Shown here: one piece after another, positions 1 to 10,404 of the stretch
Numbering within the stretch: the first letter of the stretch is position 1
Layout of the letters: the number at the start of each line of letters is the position of its first letter
Assembly (NCBI GenBank): GCA_020348925.1
Contig: CP070758.1
Coordinates: 2,183,688-2,247,687 of the forward strand
Length of the DNA stretch: 64,000 nucleotides
Direction of reading: 5' to 3'
DNA from: Gemmatimonadota bacterium
GTDB taxonomy: Bacteria; JBHIER01; G020348925
The notes under the pieces: generated by a model
The model's database searches: none
Told to the model about the DNA's origin: nothing
Seen by the model: only the letters and a program-made list of their open reading frames with translations
Program-made: the position numbers and the translations under genes

Positions 1-1075
1 ACATGTACCCCCCTTCGGATAAAGAGAACGGTATCGTGGTGGCCGGATTGAAGGGGTTCGGGTAATTCTGTAAAAGTTGAAACGTTTCGGGCATCATCTC
101 GGAGGGCTGTGGATGAACGGAGGTCATCTGATGTTCATCGTAATCCCATTCGCTGTAAAAGTTCGGATCGACCTCTCCCCAGGCGAACCGAACCGTCACC
201 TCGGGCTGTGTATCACTGAGGTTCACCATGTGCAGCGCACCGGAACCGCCCTCATTGTCACCGCCGTTGATACTCATCTTGAAATAATGGCTGATGAGAT
301 ACTCGGTATTGTTTCCGGGATACGACAACCGGATCGTGTAGATGGAGTCTCCGGAAATCATATCGCCGTGAGACCCATCGTCATAGAGTCGAAAGGGGGA
401 AAGTTCGATCCGTCTCCAGAATTGCCACTTGCCGGTGGGCGTTCCGTTGATAAAGACACCCAAGCTGTCGATACGATCAGGGTCGGTGATAGGATCGATG
501 GGAAATTCTATCTCCCTGTTCACAAACTCTTTTCCCGCCGACAAGGCGTAATATGCCGGGCGCATATCGCACTCCCAGACAACGACCACGTCCTGGGAGA
601 GCGTATTCGGATTGGGAAAGAGGGGCATTCGGTGGGATGTGACGATGCTGGGCTCAAAATCCTCGACGAATACCTCTTCTCCGGCCAAAAGAGCCTTGCG
701 TTTGTATTTGGGCGAACGAAATTGAGACCCGTCATAATAGTCGAAGAAGTACTCCTCCTGCTCCTCATCATTAAAAGAGGTCACATAGCGATAGAACAGG
801 GTATCTCCGATAACCGCATCAATCCGGGCAGAACCTTGATACCGAGAGGTGAAGCCGGAGCGCACAAGTGGAATATCGTACTCCTGGGCGGCAGTGGAAT
901 CGTACCCGCACCGGACGTGAAGGGGCTGTCCGATGATGAAGGAATTATTTTCATTAGCCCGCTGCGTATCGACCTGGAAGGTGATGTCAATCGTATCACC
1001 GGAGCTTACGGGCAGCAGGCAGAATACAAGGACAAGACCTATGGAAATCATTTGAAGACTATGGGGAAGTTTCAT
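1..1075 (-). CDS. T9SS type-A CTD-containing secreted protein. The gene runs off the left edge of the window (start codon at 1075, stop outside). It has an N-terminal signal peptide MKLPHSLQMISIGLVLVFCLLPVSSG, and the C-terminal ...ETFQLLQNYPNPFNPATTIPFSL motif sits at the window edge.
   Basis: I translated the reverse complement of 1-1080 by hand. It is a continuous reading frame from ATG at 1075-1073 to position 1 with no stop. The ORF tracker missed it because the stop lies outside the window. The plus-strand ORF 77-1180 is its antisense shadow. Confidence 0.7.
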   Translation of the reverse strand, partial: MKLPHSLQMISIGLVLVFCLLPVSSGDTIDITFQVDTQRANENNSFIIGQPLHVRCGYDSTAAQEYDIPLVRSGFTSRYQGSARIDAVIGDTLFYRYVTSFNDEEQEEYFFDYYDGSQFRSPKYKRKALLAGEEVFVEDFEPSIVTSHRMPLFPNPNTLSQDVVVVWECDMRPAYYALSAGKEFVNREIEFPIDPITDPDRIDSLGVFINGTPTGKWQFWRRIELSPFRLYDDGSHGDMISGDSIYTIRLSYPGNNTEYLISHYFKMSINGGDNEGGSGALHMVNLSDTQPEVTVRFAWGEVDPNFYSEWDYDEHQMTSVHPQPSEMMPETFQLLQNYPNPFNPATTIPFSLSEGGYM

Positions 1076-1140
1076 CGTTCTCCTTACTCGTGTCTCGTGA
1101 GAGATGGTGACATGGTCCTTATCAGACTCGATCTCAAGAT

Positions 1141-2193
1141 TCAAAATCCTATTCCGAGAGAAAAAATATGCACGTCCTGAAGGACGTCGTAACTTGTGTA
1201 GGCGTAGTCCACGTTCAGGGACCAGCCCTGGGCTTTATCGTACAAAAAACCGGCGCCGAAGGTGAGACCCTCGTAGCTGTCCTGTCTGAAGAGTGATTTA
1301 TATCCTCCCCTGAGGAACAGAAGATCGTTGATGGCAAATTCGCCGCCGATGTTGAGGGTTTCGGAATTGTCCGTCGGCCTCAGTGCGTCCGCCGTTACGG
1401 TGAATCGACGATTTTCGAGATTGACGAGATCATAGGCCAGCCCCACCCGAAAGAGTAATGGAAGAGGCCACGAATCGGTCTTGAGCTTGGAGACAATCGT
1501 CTCATTGTGTCCTTGAGTCTCCGGGTCAAGGTCCACCCTCTGCAGCAGATCTTTACCATCGAGCTGCATGTCCGATCCAAAGTTGCAAATACTCATGCCC
1601 AACCTCATGTTATTGAAGTCAGTTATAAATAACAGACCGACGTCGAAGGCGATACCGCTGGCGGTTTCGTTCCAGACCCTCTGCTGTATAAATTTCCACG
1701 TACCGCCGATGGAGAAGGCGGATGTCAGATTTCTTGCGTAGGACAGGCCTACTGCCAGATCGTACGCCCCCCACTCTTCACCGGTGTCCTCCTCATAAAC
1801 ATAGGTAACGCGTTCTTGGCCGTAATCGAGCTGGGTGAAGCTGACCCCCATCGTGCCCAGATTTCCCATATTCAACATGAGGCCGGCCCAGTTAAAATCC
1901 GTCCCCAGGAACCATTCGGCATGAGACACCATGAATTGCGATCGTCCCACTTCGAACTGGGAGAGCCCCACTCTGGAGAGTGCCCCGGGGTTCCAGTAGA
2001 GACAGCTGGCGTCATAGTGGGCCGCCACGCCCGCCCCTCCCATGGCCGCCGCTCTCGGTCCGACACCGATACCCAAAAACGGCGCTGCCGTTGTCCCGAC
2101 TTTTTTCTGTGCCTGTGCGAAGCCGAAACAGAGAAGGAGACACAAAACCGCCGTAGATGCAACTGTTACTGCTCTCACTTTTCCAGTTTTCAT
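1141..2193 (-). CDS. PorV/PorQ-family (UPF0164-like) T9SS-associated outer-membrane beta-barrel protein
   Basis: Signal peptide, then the family N-terminal signature ...AAPFLGIGVGPRAAAMGGAGVAAHYDASCLYWNPGAL. It is 350 aa and ends in an aromatic residue (F). It lies directly downstream of the large T9SS-CTD protein. Confidence 0.75.
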   Translation of the reverse strand: MKTGKVRAVTVASTAVLCLLLCFGFAQAQKKVGTTAAPFLGIGVGPRAAAMGGAGVAAHYDASCLYWNPGALSRVGLSQFEVGRSQFMVSHAEWFLGTDFNWAGLMLNMGNLGTMGVSFTQLDYGQERVTYVYEEDTGEEWGAYDLAVGLSYARNLTSAFSIGGTWKFIQQRVWNETASGIAFDVGLLFITDFNNMRLGMSICNFGSDMQLDGKDLLQRVDLDPETQGHNETIVSKLKTDSWPLPLLFRVGLAYDLVNLENRRFTVTADALRPTDNSETLNIGGEFAINDLLFLRGGYKSLFRQDSYEGLTFGAGFLYDKAQGWSLNVDYAYTSYDVLQDVHIFSLGIGF

Positions 2194-2209
2194 AGGTCAC
2201 TCCGTTTTT

Positions 2210-5200
2210 TCACTTGATAATGGCAATTTTGCCCCTTTTGGTTCCTACTTTGGACTCCACGACGTAGAAGTAAACGCCATAGGCAATATCGAGATTTTCC
2301 TTTGTCTTGAGATCCCAAGAAACGGTCCCATCGTAGATATTATTATCATGATACAATGTTTTGACATGCTCTCCCCTGCTTGTAAAAATATAGATCGTCG
2401 CTCCTTTCGGGAGATGTCGAAACTCGATGAGCCGGGTTCCACGCCCGCTGGTGATCCCAGGAGGCAGCGGAGGCTCGTGAGAGGTCCCGACGACGTAAGG
2501 ATTCGGGACGACCCTGATGGCATCCAGCTCCTCTTGCGCCTCTTCTTCTTCATACGATGGCGTCTCTGTGGTAAATTCGAAAACATCGCCGCGTCGGAAG
2601 GGTTTCAACATGCTCAATGTATACGTGTCCCCATCCCCGTAGGTGTACGTTGTTCCCGCTCCACTGACAAAGGTTAGGTCCCATGTGAGTATGAGAGAAT
2701 CATTCGGTCCCGGCTCGACAAGGATGACCTCGTCTTGATGAGAGAGCATTTGATTCATATCGATCTCAACCAGGAGAAAATCGACATAGCGCTCATCGGT
2801 CATGTTGTACACTCTGAAGTTCACGGGGGTGGGCGGGGGGAGCCAATTGGGAGGGATGCCCCCAATTTCATTGGTGGTCGTATCGACGATATCGTCTGAG
2901 AACTGTATTTGATAGTCACTGGGGTGGCGCAGGCCTCGAATCAAACCCGAGGGAAACTCACCCTCCGCTACCGTGACATTCACCTGGTAGGCCCTCGTCG
3001 GATCCGACCACTTCGACAAGGTATCTCTCTTATCCACACTCCAATGGTTGTTGAAGTTGAGAGTGAGACCGTCGAATATGTCCGTATCCATGGTCTCATC
3101 GACATAAGGGCTGTTCTGAATGTTAGGGCTCTTGTAGATAGGATAGTATTGAAAGGAGATCGTGTAATTTTTCCTCTCAAACGGTTCTGGGAATATCCCC
3201 CTTTCATCTCCCCGAATTCTTCCTCTCTCGAGATCAATCCTGTAGTCCTGTTCCGGCACGACGTTTCCCTCATCGTCCCTCACCGTTATCGTACCCTCGA
3301 TAAGGTGTGCATGTTTGAGCCGGACGTAGTTCGTGTCATTCGGTACGAACGTTTCCGTTATGCCAGTGGAGTCTCGGACAGAATACGAGGTGGTTATGGG
3401 AACCAAGAACTCCTCCGCATCGCTCTCATCTAAGTTCGGTTCCCCGGCATCCGGCAGTCCGTTTCCCTGGGACCCGTCCTCATCGATGGTGCTCGCATCG
3501 CCGTCCCGGCCCACATCATCCGTCACGATATCCCAATCGCCGTCATTGTCGATCCCGTCGTTGGATGTGTCGAAGAAATCCAGGATGTACTTGTGGCCGG
3601 TCAGCAATGAGTCGTGGAGCACCTTGGAATAAACGTCACCCGTCCCCACGATTGATTGGGCCCTGAGCGTATCGGCTCCCGGAGGAGGAACATATCCGAT
3701 CACTTCGGCTCGGGGCACGACGACAGCCGTATTCTGAAAGGTCAATATCTCACCCGTAGACTTGAAATCGATCCGAAAATCGTTTTCAGCGGGCAAAATA
3801 TCCTTGCCTTCATCGCCCCGATCATAGGCAACGAGAGCGTAGTAGTATCTCCGACCGTTTTCCACCAACGAGTCGACGTAGCTGTGCTCGAGTCCGCTGT
3901 CATCGCCCAAAAAGTACGTGTAGCCCCTGGTCTGAGGATACAGTTCCTCACTTGCCCTGAAATAATCCCTTATGCCATTGTCGAGATCAAATTGGGCCAG
4001 GGGTGCATATCCTTGCAACGTCCCATCGGCATCGGTGATCTGAAAGACATCATTGAAGTTATGGTCAGTGGCCCGGTAGATTTTATATCCCTCGAAATCG
4101 TGAACCCTGAGCACCGGATCAAAGGAAGCCTCGGCTCTCCGATCCCAGTACAGGGTGACCTTTCCGTCGCCGGGCACAGCGGTCAGCGTCGGCTTTTCAG
4201 GGGCCGGTGGGAAACGATAATCACTGTTATAAATATCTTGAACAGTCTCCCGATTCTTCAGGAGATCATCGATATCAACCCCCGGACCGCCGCCCTCACC
4301 GTAAACAAGTGCCAGTGAAATTCGTTCCGTCTGCCCCGCTCTGAGGGGAAAGTATCCGGAGCCGTATATGAAATCACCATCCTCCCCGCGCTCCGGCTTG
4401 TTATTAATTATGGAGCTCGGGACTTCGAAAAAACCGGGTGCTAACCGATCCCACATCTCCTCGTCATTGCCCATGGCAAACTCTCCGGCCGGTGTAAAGT
4501 ACTCAAAACTCGTCAACCCGATCTGATCGGACTCATCCACGTCCGTCTGATCAAAGTTGGGTTCACCGGCTGTCGGAACGCCATCCCCCTCCCCGAAATC
4601 ACCCGAACCGATGAGACCGTCGGCGCCGACATCGTCGAATTCAAAATCCCAATCCCCGTCGTTATCAATACCGTCGTCGCGCCGCTCGTCAATAAGGTCA
4701 TCAAAGACGCCCAAGCCGGAGACATAATCGATATAATGTGTCGGCGTGAGCTTATCGATCAGGGTATTGCCCTCCTGATCCCTCCGGATCTGACGATAGT
4801 GCAGGAAAAAATTCTCGTCGATGAGGCCATCCAGGTCGTTGTCAATGCCGTCGTAAGCATTGGAATTGACATAATCCCTCCTTCTCCCCCCCTCTATCCG
4901 ATAGAGAACATTTCCTTCAGCCAGCTTGGTCAGCCCGGGGGAAACGAAAATATCCGCACCGCGCGTGTGAAAGGTGGTGTCGTTCGTGGAAACTGTGACC
5001 ACCGTTCTCTGAAACGCATCGTCGATAAGAACGATCTGATCCCCCGCATTGATGAGGGTTGAATCGAAGTCGGAGGCTTCAAAAAGCGGACCGGTGGCCG
5101 GTATGGTAGGATGTGAATCCGCATCACGGTCATTGTCAATACCATCGAAAGGATTGCCCGGACTCTCTAAAAAGGCGTACCCCACGACACCGACTTCGCC

Positions 5201-6127
5201 GGTCCACAACGGATTCCTGGAGGCGTTATCGTCAAAATCGGCCGTATACGTCAGATCGCGCTCAACGTCGAAGAAAGAGTAGTCGTCGTCATACTCGCTG
5301 TAATCCTCTGTGGAGGTCACCCCGACATAGGTCCCGACGAGCATTCCGAAAACCACCTTGCTGTAATCCGTCGTACTGGTGTTCGTGATCTCATAGAGCC
5401 AAAAGATACAATCCTGGGCCAGAAATTGCCGCCACTGCATGCCCCGAACCTTCACCTCAAGCCCCAAACCGTGTCGATTGGGATCGGTGGCATCGGGTTG
5501 AAACGCGACACCCCAGCGATTGTTGCCGGCGACGTTGAACTCGTCGTCATTGTTGTCGTCCATGACGAAATAACTCTCCTCCGAGGCCGTCGTCGTCTTC
5601 CCGAAATATCCGTTCCAGGAATCCACCCAGCCGGGATCTTCGGGATCGTTCCTCTTATCCGGCCACCCTCCCAATTCAGCCGGGGGCCAGGAGTCTGGAT
5701 CCGAATAGAGTGCGACACTGACTTCATTCGGATCGCGATTTGAATTGAAGTATCCCTCCACAGGTTCAAATCCCCACTGCTTACCCGTCGTTGATACCTC
5801 CGGCTGGCTGGTCGGCCGTTGCACCGGGCACACGACAACGGAATGAAAGACCTGGTCGCCCTCGACGATCTCCGCGCCCACCAGGGGGCTGACATCGCCC
5901 ACGTAACCGTTGTTTTCATAAATCCACGCCCCCCTACTCCCCGCCGACGTGGGTTGACCTATGACACCCCAGTTCCCGAAGACCGTCTTGACCAGGTTCC
6001 CTTTCATTATGGCCGAACTCCTATATTCCCTCCCGCTCCTTCCGGTCTGACCTGATACGAGTCCAGACGCAACCAACACAACAAGTGAGAGGCTGACAAT
6101 ATGAACCGTTGTTCCTATACGTCTCAT
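2210..6127 (-). CDS. Large secreted surface protein (1305 aa). It has a signal peptide, repeated EF-hand-like DxDxDG loops (GIDNDGDWD..., GIDNDLDGLIDE), an FN3-like module (KVTLYWD...GYKIYRA...YYYALVAYD) and a divergent T9SS type-A-like C-terminal domain (VVPNPYV...IYIFTSRGEHVKTL...SWDL...YGVYFYVVES...KIAIIK).
   Basis: Long ORF. Motifs were read from the translation. It is a paralog of the 29995-32523 protein, sharing the FN3 region and the C-terminal module. Confidence 0.8.
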   Translation of the reverse strand: MRRIGTTVHIVSLSLVVLVASGLVSGQTGRSGREYRSSAIMKGNLVKTVFGNWGVIGQPTSAGSRGAWIYENNGYVGDVSPLVGAEIVEGDQVFHSVVVCPVQRPTSQPEVSTTGKQWGFEPVEGYFNSNRDPNEVSVALYSDPDSWPPAELGGWPDKRNDPEDPGWVDSWNGYFGKTTTASEESYFVMDDNNDDEFNVAGNNRWGVAFQPDATDPNRHGLGLEVKVRGMQWRQFLAQDCIFWLYEITNTSTTDYSKVVFGMLVGTYVGVTSTEDYSEYDDDYSFFDVERDLTYTADFDDNASRNPLWTGEVGVVGYAFLESPGNPFDGIDNDRDADSHPTIPATGPLFEASDFDSTLINAGDQIVLIDDAFQRTVVTVSTNDTTFHTRGADIFVSPGLTKLAEGNVLYRIEGGRRRDYVNSNAYDGIDNDLDGLIDENFFLHYRQIRRDQEGNTLIDKLTPTHYIDYVSGLGVFDDLIDERRDDGIDNDGDWDFEFDDVGADGLIGSGDFGEGDGVPTAGEPNFDQTDVDESDQIGLTSFEYFTPAGEFAMGNDEEMWDRLAPGFFEVPSSIINNKPERGEDGDFIYGSGYFPLRAGQTERISLALVYGEGGGPGVDIDDLLKNRETVQDIYNSDYRFPPAPEKPTLTAVPGDGKVTLYWDRRAEASFDPVLRVHDFEGYKIYRATDHNFNDVFQITDADGTLQGYAPLAQFDLDNGIRDYFRASEELYPQTRGYTYFLGDDSGLEHSYVDSLVENGRRYYYALVAYDRGDEGKDILPAENDFRIDFKSTGEILTFQNTAVVVPRAEVIGYVPPPGADTLRAQSIVGTGDVYSKVLHDSLLTGHKYILDFFDTSNDGIDNDGDWDIVTDDVGRDGDASTIDEDGSQGNGLPDAGEPNLDESDAEEFLVPITTSYSVRDSTGITETFVPNDTNYVRLKHAHLIEGTITVRDDEGNVVPEQDYRIDLERGRIRGDERGIFPEPFERKNYTISFQYYPIYKSPNIQNSPYVDETMDTDIFDGLTLNFNNHWSVDKRDTLSKWSDPTRAYQVNVTVAEGEFPSGLIRGLRHPSDYQIQFSDDIVDTTTNEIGGIPPNWLPPPTPVNFRVYNMTDERYVDFLLVEIDMNQMLSHQDEVILVEPGPNDSLILTWDLTFVSGAGTTYTYGDGDTYTLSMLKPFRRGDVFEFTTETPSYEEEEAQEELDAIRVVPNPYVVGTSHEPPLPPGITSGRGTRLIEFRHLPKGATIYIFTSRGEHVKTLYHDNNIYDGTVSWDLKTKENLDIAYGVYFYVVESKVGTKRGKIAIIK

Positions 6128-6149
6128 GCGATTCTCCTTAATTTTATCA

Positions 6150-7091
6150 TTAAAAGGAATACACGAAACCCAATTCGATTCTTCTTGGTTCCGAGTAGTG
6201 GGTCGTATTCGTAAACCATTCGCCGACGCTATTCACCGTTTGAACGGGATTCGAGCTCTCAGCTGTCCGCTGTTGCAATGAGAAACCCGCCCTGCCCGTA
6301 TCATCGTATACGTTGATCTCATTGAGTCTGTCAAATATATTGTAAACCTTAAGAAAGAGGGTCAGTTTCGTAGGTCCAAAATTAAAATCCTTGTAAGCGC
6401 GGGCATCGACATTGAGGAAGTAGGGCTTCTTTTGACTGTTGGTCAATAAAGCCGTGATGTCTTTGGATCGGCGGGGGGTGTACGGCATTCCGCTTCCATA
6501 TTGTCCGATGACACTGAACCCCCATGCCGAGCCAGCATATGAAAAGGTCGAATTGACCGTGTGCGTTTGATCCCAATCCATGTGCGTCATTTGTATCTCC
6601 GGCAGAGCCCCACCGGCTCTGGCGTTGCGGGCAGCCTCTGGATCCGAGTTGGACGCTTTGGCGACCTGATAGGTGTAATCGACGGACGCGGAGTACCCAC
6701 CCACGAACCGCTTGCTCAAGGCCAGTACGACGCCCCTCACCAATCCAAAATCACTGTTTGAAATCTTACTGTATCTGTCCCGAATACTGAAGATCTCGAT
6801 ATCCTCCGCCGAGGTCCCGGCCAGATCTCGGATGTCTCTGAAGTAGGCCGTCACGTCGAGAAGAACGTCCTCGCTCAACTGCTGCTGCAATCCGATTTCA
6901 CCGCTCACGGTTTTTTCAGGTTTCAGATCTGCGTTTCCGATAACGCCTGTATGCGCTTCCGTATGATCCAGTTCAAACTCCGGATTTTGATAGAGTCGCT
7001 CGAAACGGGGGATTTGAATGAAGTGTCCGTAGGAGAAATGAATGACACCACCCTCCATAAAAGGGAACGCCGCTCCAAACCTCGGACTCAC
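6150..7091 (-). CDS. C-terminal beta-barrel fragment of a SusC-like TonB-dependent receptor. It is in frame with 7413-9332 across a single TAA, so it is probably one disrupted gene (see findings).
   Basis: It ends ...RRIELGFVYSF with the terminal aromatic typical of TBDR barrels. The frame is open upstream into TBDR-barrel-like sequence (GFRVDYF...). It is paralogous to the 32607-35786 protein. Confidence 0.65.
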   Translation of the reverse strand: MSPRFGAAFPFMEGGVIHFSYGHFIQIPRFERLYQNPEFELDHTEAHTGVIGNADLKPEKTVSGEIGLQQQLSEDVLLDVTAYFRDIRDLAGTSAEDIEIFSIRDRYSKISNSDFGLVRGVVLALSKRFVGGYSASVDYTYQVAKASNSDPEAARNARAGGALPEIQMTHMDWDQTHTVNSTFSYAGSAWGFSVIGQYGSGMPYTPRRSKDITALLTNSQKKPYFLNVDARAYKDFNFGPTKLTLFLKVYNIFDRLNEINVYDDTGRAGFSLQQRTAESSNPVQTVNSVGEWFTNTTHYSEPRRIELGFVYSF

Positions 7092-7412
7092 AAAAACTTT
7101 CGTGTCCGCATCTTTGTACCAATATGTTGCTCTGTCCTCGACACTCTTGGCACTATCCCCCTCATCCCCGTAAAACCCATTCCCGTTCGAATCCCAATAC
7201 TTATTCTCATCCTTGACCGGATGGTAAATTTCCGGATCGGTCTCATCGGTGAGGATGCGGGCATCCGGATCGAAGTAGTCAACGCGGAAGCCTATATTGA
7301 CTATAAAATTCTTGAATTCGATTTTATCCTGAATATATCCCGAGAACTCGATCGGATTGTATTCGTAACGACTCGTATGAATGGTCGTATCGGAATATAT
7401 CTGAGGATGAAT

Positions 7413-9332
7413 TTACGGATTTTCCCAAAAGAGATTTTTGTCGATCTCCAACGAGTCCGGTTGCACTGTTATATCCTCAAAAAACAAAGAATGATGGCGG
7501 ACTTCGGTACCCCATTTGAGTTGATGGATCCGTGTCACTTGGGCGGTCCAGTCGGTTTTTCCCAGCCACGTCTTGGTGTCACGCTTGAAGCGCTGATTAT
7601 TCGTGCCACCCGTATGGAAACTGTACGGGTCGAGATCTATCAACAAGTAGTCGTGCACATAGCTCGTATCATCCCGGTTATCGTAAACAGAATGCCAATA
7701 TCTCTTTAAGAAATACGACAGCGAGCTTTCATAAAACACTTTGGAGTTCAACGTATGGGTGAATTTTAGAATGTTAACGTAGCCCCGGCGGTGCCGCTCC
7801 ACATCCCCATCCGGGTTGTACTGATACATCCGTTCGTAATCCCGGTAGTCAACACCGTCATAGATGAAGTTGTACGAAAGCTGGGCCTGGGGTGTTATTT
7901 TATAGATCAACTTCGTCTGATTGTAAAGTTTCTCACTCCAGTTCATGGGCACGTATTCCCCGTCTCCCATTCCACCCTTGTGAACTTGGCGAAAATAGTC
8001 CACGATCTCTCCGGTATAAGCGGCAATCGTGTCAGGATTATTTCTATGTTCCGGGGGAATAATTGCGTCGAGGATTTCCTCATACATCCAATCATTAATG
8101 ACCAGATGTGAATCGATAACGGCGTTTGAGCCTAAAATATATTGCACCGACTGAAAATGACCTTCCGCGTCTGTCGCTCGACCAAGGGAAAGATACTCCG
8201 GCGCAAATGCTTCCAAATACCAGGTGGGCAGACCGTAAACCGGGAGGTCGTACACGACGGTATCAACACACTCGTCTTCTTCCCATATACACCGTACATA
8301 ATCTGAGCTATCTATTTCTTCCAAGTCCCAATACCATGAGGGAATACGTTCGACCGGGAAGCTATCCACCTCGGTATTCTCGAGTTCAAAAAGTGGTCCG
8401 GTCACCGCACTCGGATCATAGCGCCGCTGTCCGTACTGCCACCCGTCAAAATGGATACCCCGCCCGTTCACGAAAAAGAAAAGCTTGTCCTTGATAATGG
8501 CCCCACTCAGGTTCCCCTCAAAATTTCGAATGGCAAAGGGATCGACACGGCTGATGGCTCTGAAGATATGATCGTTATCGCTGGCATAGTCTCCGATATA
8601 CCCTGTTATCGAGCCACTGAATTCGTTGCTCCCCTGTTTGGTCGCAATGTTCACAATGCCGGACATGGCCTGACCGTATTCGGCATTGTACGCCCCGCTC
8701 ACAAGCTGCATCTCCTGCACCATGCCTTTGCCCACTTCAACCACTTGATTGCCGTCATAGACATCAGTCACAGGCACGCCGTCAATCCAGTAGGCGATCT
8801 CCCCGCTCCTCCCCCCTCTCAGGTGCAGACCGTCCCGATCCACAATGCCGGCCTGAAGCTGGAGAGCCTCACTGACCTCAGTAATGGGCAGGGCCTCCAT
8901 CTGCTTGGCCTCGACAATAGCCGTGGAGGCGGTCAGATCTTTCACCACCATTTGCCGCTCGGCCGTTACCGTAATGGCCTCACCAAGGGCGATCACCTGG
9001 GATTGGAGCTGAAAATCGACGGTTGTCGTCAGATCGAGAGAGACATTGATATTTTCGATCCGCATGGATTGATAGCCGATCATTGAAGCTCTGAGGGTAT
9101 ACGCGCCTGGGGGGATATTGAGCATCACGTAATACCCGTCAAAATCCGAAGCCGCTCCCATTGAGGTTCCCTCGACGATGACATTGGCGAAGGGGAGCGG
9201 TTCACCGCTCTCCGTATCGACGATCCTGCCGGCAATTTTCCCTGTTGTTCCCCACAATGAAACGCCCGCCCAGGAGAGTACGAGCAGAACTGTAAAAATG
9301 GAAAGACAAGAGAAAGCTCTTTTTTCTCGCAT
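7413..9332 (-). CDS. N-terminal part of a SusC-like TonB-dependent receptor: signal peptide, carboxypeptidase-regulatory-like domain, plug domain and the start of the barrel. It ends at an in-frame TAA.
   Basis: GKIAGRIVDTESGEPLPFANVIVEGTSMGAASDFDGYYVMLNIPPGAYTLRASMIGYQS matches the CarbopepD_reg-like domain. ...ITVTAERQMVVKD...LRGGRSGE... matches the plug. It is colinear with the 1081-aa paralog at 32607-35852. Confidence 0.75.
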   Translation of the reverse strand: MREKRAFSCLSIFTVLLVLSWAGVSLWGTTGKIAGRIVDTESGEPLPFANVIVEGTSMGAASDFDGYYVMLNIPPGAYTLRASMIGYQSMRIENINVSLDLTTTVDFQLQSQVIALGEAITVTAERQMVVKDLTASTAIVEAKQMEALPITEVSEALQLQAGIVDRDGLHLRGGRSGEIAYWIDGVPVTDVYDGNQVVEVGKGMVQEMQLVSGAYNAEYGQAMSGIVNIATKQGSNEFSGSITGYIGDYASDNDHIFRAISRVDPFAIRNFEGNLSGAIIKDKLFFFVNGRGIHFDGWQYGQRRYDPSAVTGPLFELENTEVDSFPVERIPSWYWDLEEIDSSDYVRCIWEEDECVDTVVYDLPVYGLPTWYLEAFAPEYLSLGRATDAEGHFQSVQYILGSNAVIDSHLVINDWMYEEILDAIIPPEHRNNPDTIAAYTGEIVDYFRQVHKGGMGDGEYVPMNWSEKLYNQTKLIYKITPQAQLSYNFIYDGVDYRDYERMYQYNPDGDVERHRRGYVNILKFTHTLNSKVFYESSLSYFLKRYWHSVYDNRDDTSYVHDYLLIDLDPYSFHTGGTNNQRFKRDTKTWLGKTDWTAQVTRIHQLKWGTEVRHHSLFFEDITVQPDSLEIDKNLFWENP

Positions 9333-9349
9333 CGTGATTTCCTTTGGTT

Positions 9350-10389
9350 CTAAGTGATTTGGTTATGGGATTGGTGTCTCAGGGCACCGCACGTATTTCT
9401 TACGATCAATGATGTATGAAAAACCTTTTTAAAACCATTTGTGACGACATCCGTAATGCATTCAACCAATCTGTCTACGGCCAGTTTCCCCATTTCGAAC
9501 ATCGGTTGTCGCATCGTCGTCAGGCCGATATATTGAGCCAATTCTATATCATCAAATCCCACAATAGCCATATCGTTGGGAACGTTTAAACCGTCCTCTT
9601 CAATGGCTTTCATGGCACCAATGGCCTGAATGTCACTCGACACGAACACAGCGGTGGGCCTATTGCTTCCAAGATGCAGCAACTGCTTCATGGCCTGGTA
9701 GCCCGCTTTTCTATTAAACCCGTCTTCACCGGTGACATAGTCGCTGATGACAAGATACTCCCGCCTGAAACCGATATCATGGTCTCGGAGTGCATTCTTA
9801 TATCCTTCGAGTCTTACTCGGGCCGGTGAGCTTTTCAGGTGCCCGTCGATCATACCTATTCTTGAATGACCCTGACGAATGAGATGCTGCGTGGCCACAT
9901 AGGCCCCCCGCCTGTTCTCAACCGTGACAGAATCCAAGTCAGGGTGATAACTGTCAACAAGAACGATGGGCAGGCGAGAGCGGCGAAGTTCCCACACTTC
10001 ATTATTGGTCATTTCAAGGGAGATGAGGAGCATCCCGTCCACTTTTCGCTCCTGCAGAACCTTCCTCAGAATCATCTCCTTCTTGTTTGTCTCATCGACA
10101 TTATAGAGAATTAAATCGTACTGAAATTTGGATACTTCCCCCTGAATACCCCTGAGCAATTCCACAAAAAAATAGCCCGTAAAAAACGGAACAACAACTC
10201 CGATCGTGTTCGTCCTTCTACGGGCCAATCCACGGGCCGAGGCGTGAGGCCGATAGCCCAATTCTTTCACAACAGCCAGGACTTTTTCCTTCGTCCTGGG
10301 AGCTATAGAGCCGCTATTGTTTATTGCTCGTGAAACCGTGCCAATCCCGACACCGGCTCTCTTGGCGACATCATAAATGGTGACTGACA
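9350..10389 (-). CDS. LacI-family transcriptional regulator. The likely true start is MSVTIYDVAKRAGVGIGTVSRAINN at 10389, preceded by an AAGGAGAG RBS.
   Basis: N-terminal HTH motif (DVAKRAGVSxxTVSR) and a C-terminal periplasmic-binding-protein-like sugar-binding fold (IVGFDD...). It sits only 17 bp upstream of the TBDR start. Confidence 0.85.
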
Positions 10390-10404
10390 TCAACATTCTC
10401 TCCT

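Noticed and set aside
77-1180. 367-aa plus-strand ORF
   Set aside because: It is the antisense shadow of a genuine minus-strand gene (<1-1075) with a signal peptide and a T9SS CTD. The plus-strand product is compositionally odd (LLLLLIIKRG) and has no motifs.
7410-7415. In-frame stop as a selenocysteine or programmed readthrough site
   Set aside because: The codon is TAA, not TGA, and no SECIS-like hairpin is evident. A nonsense mutation or a sequencing error is more parsimonious.
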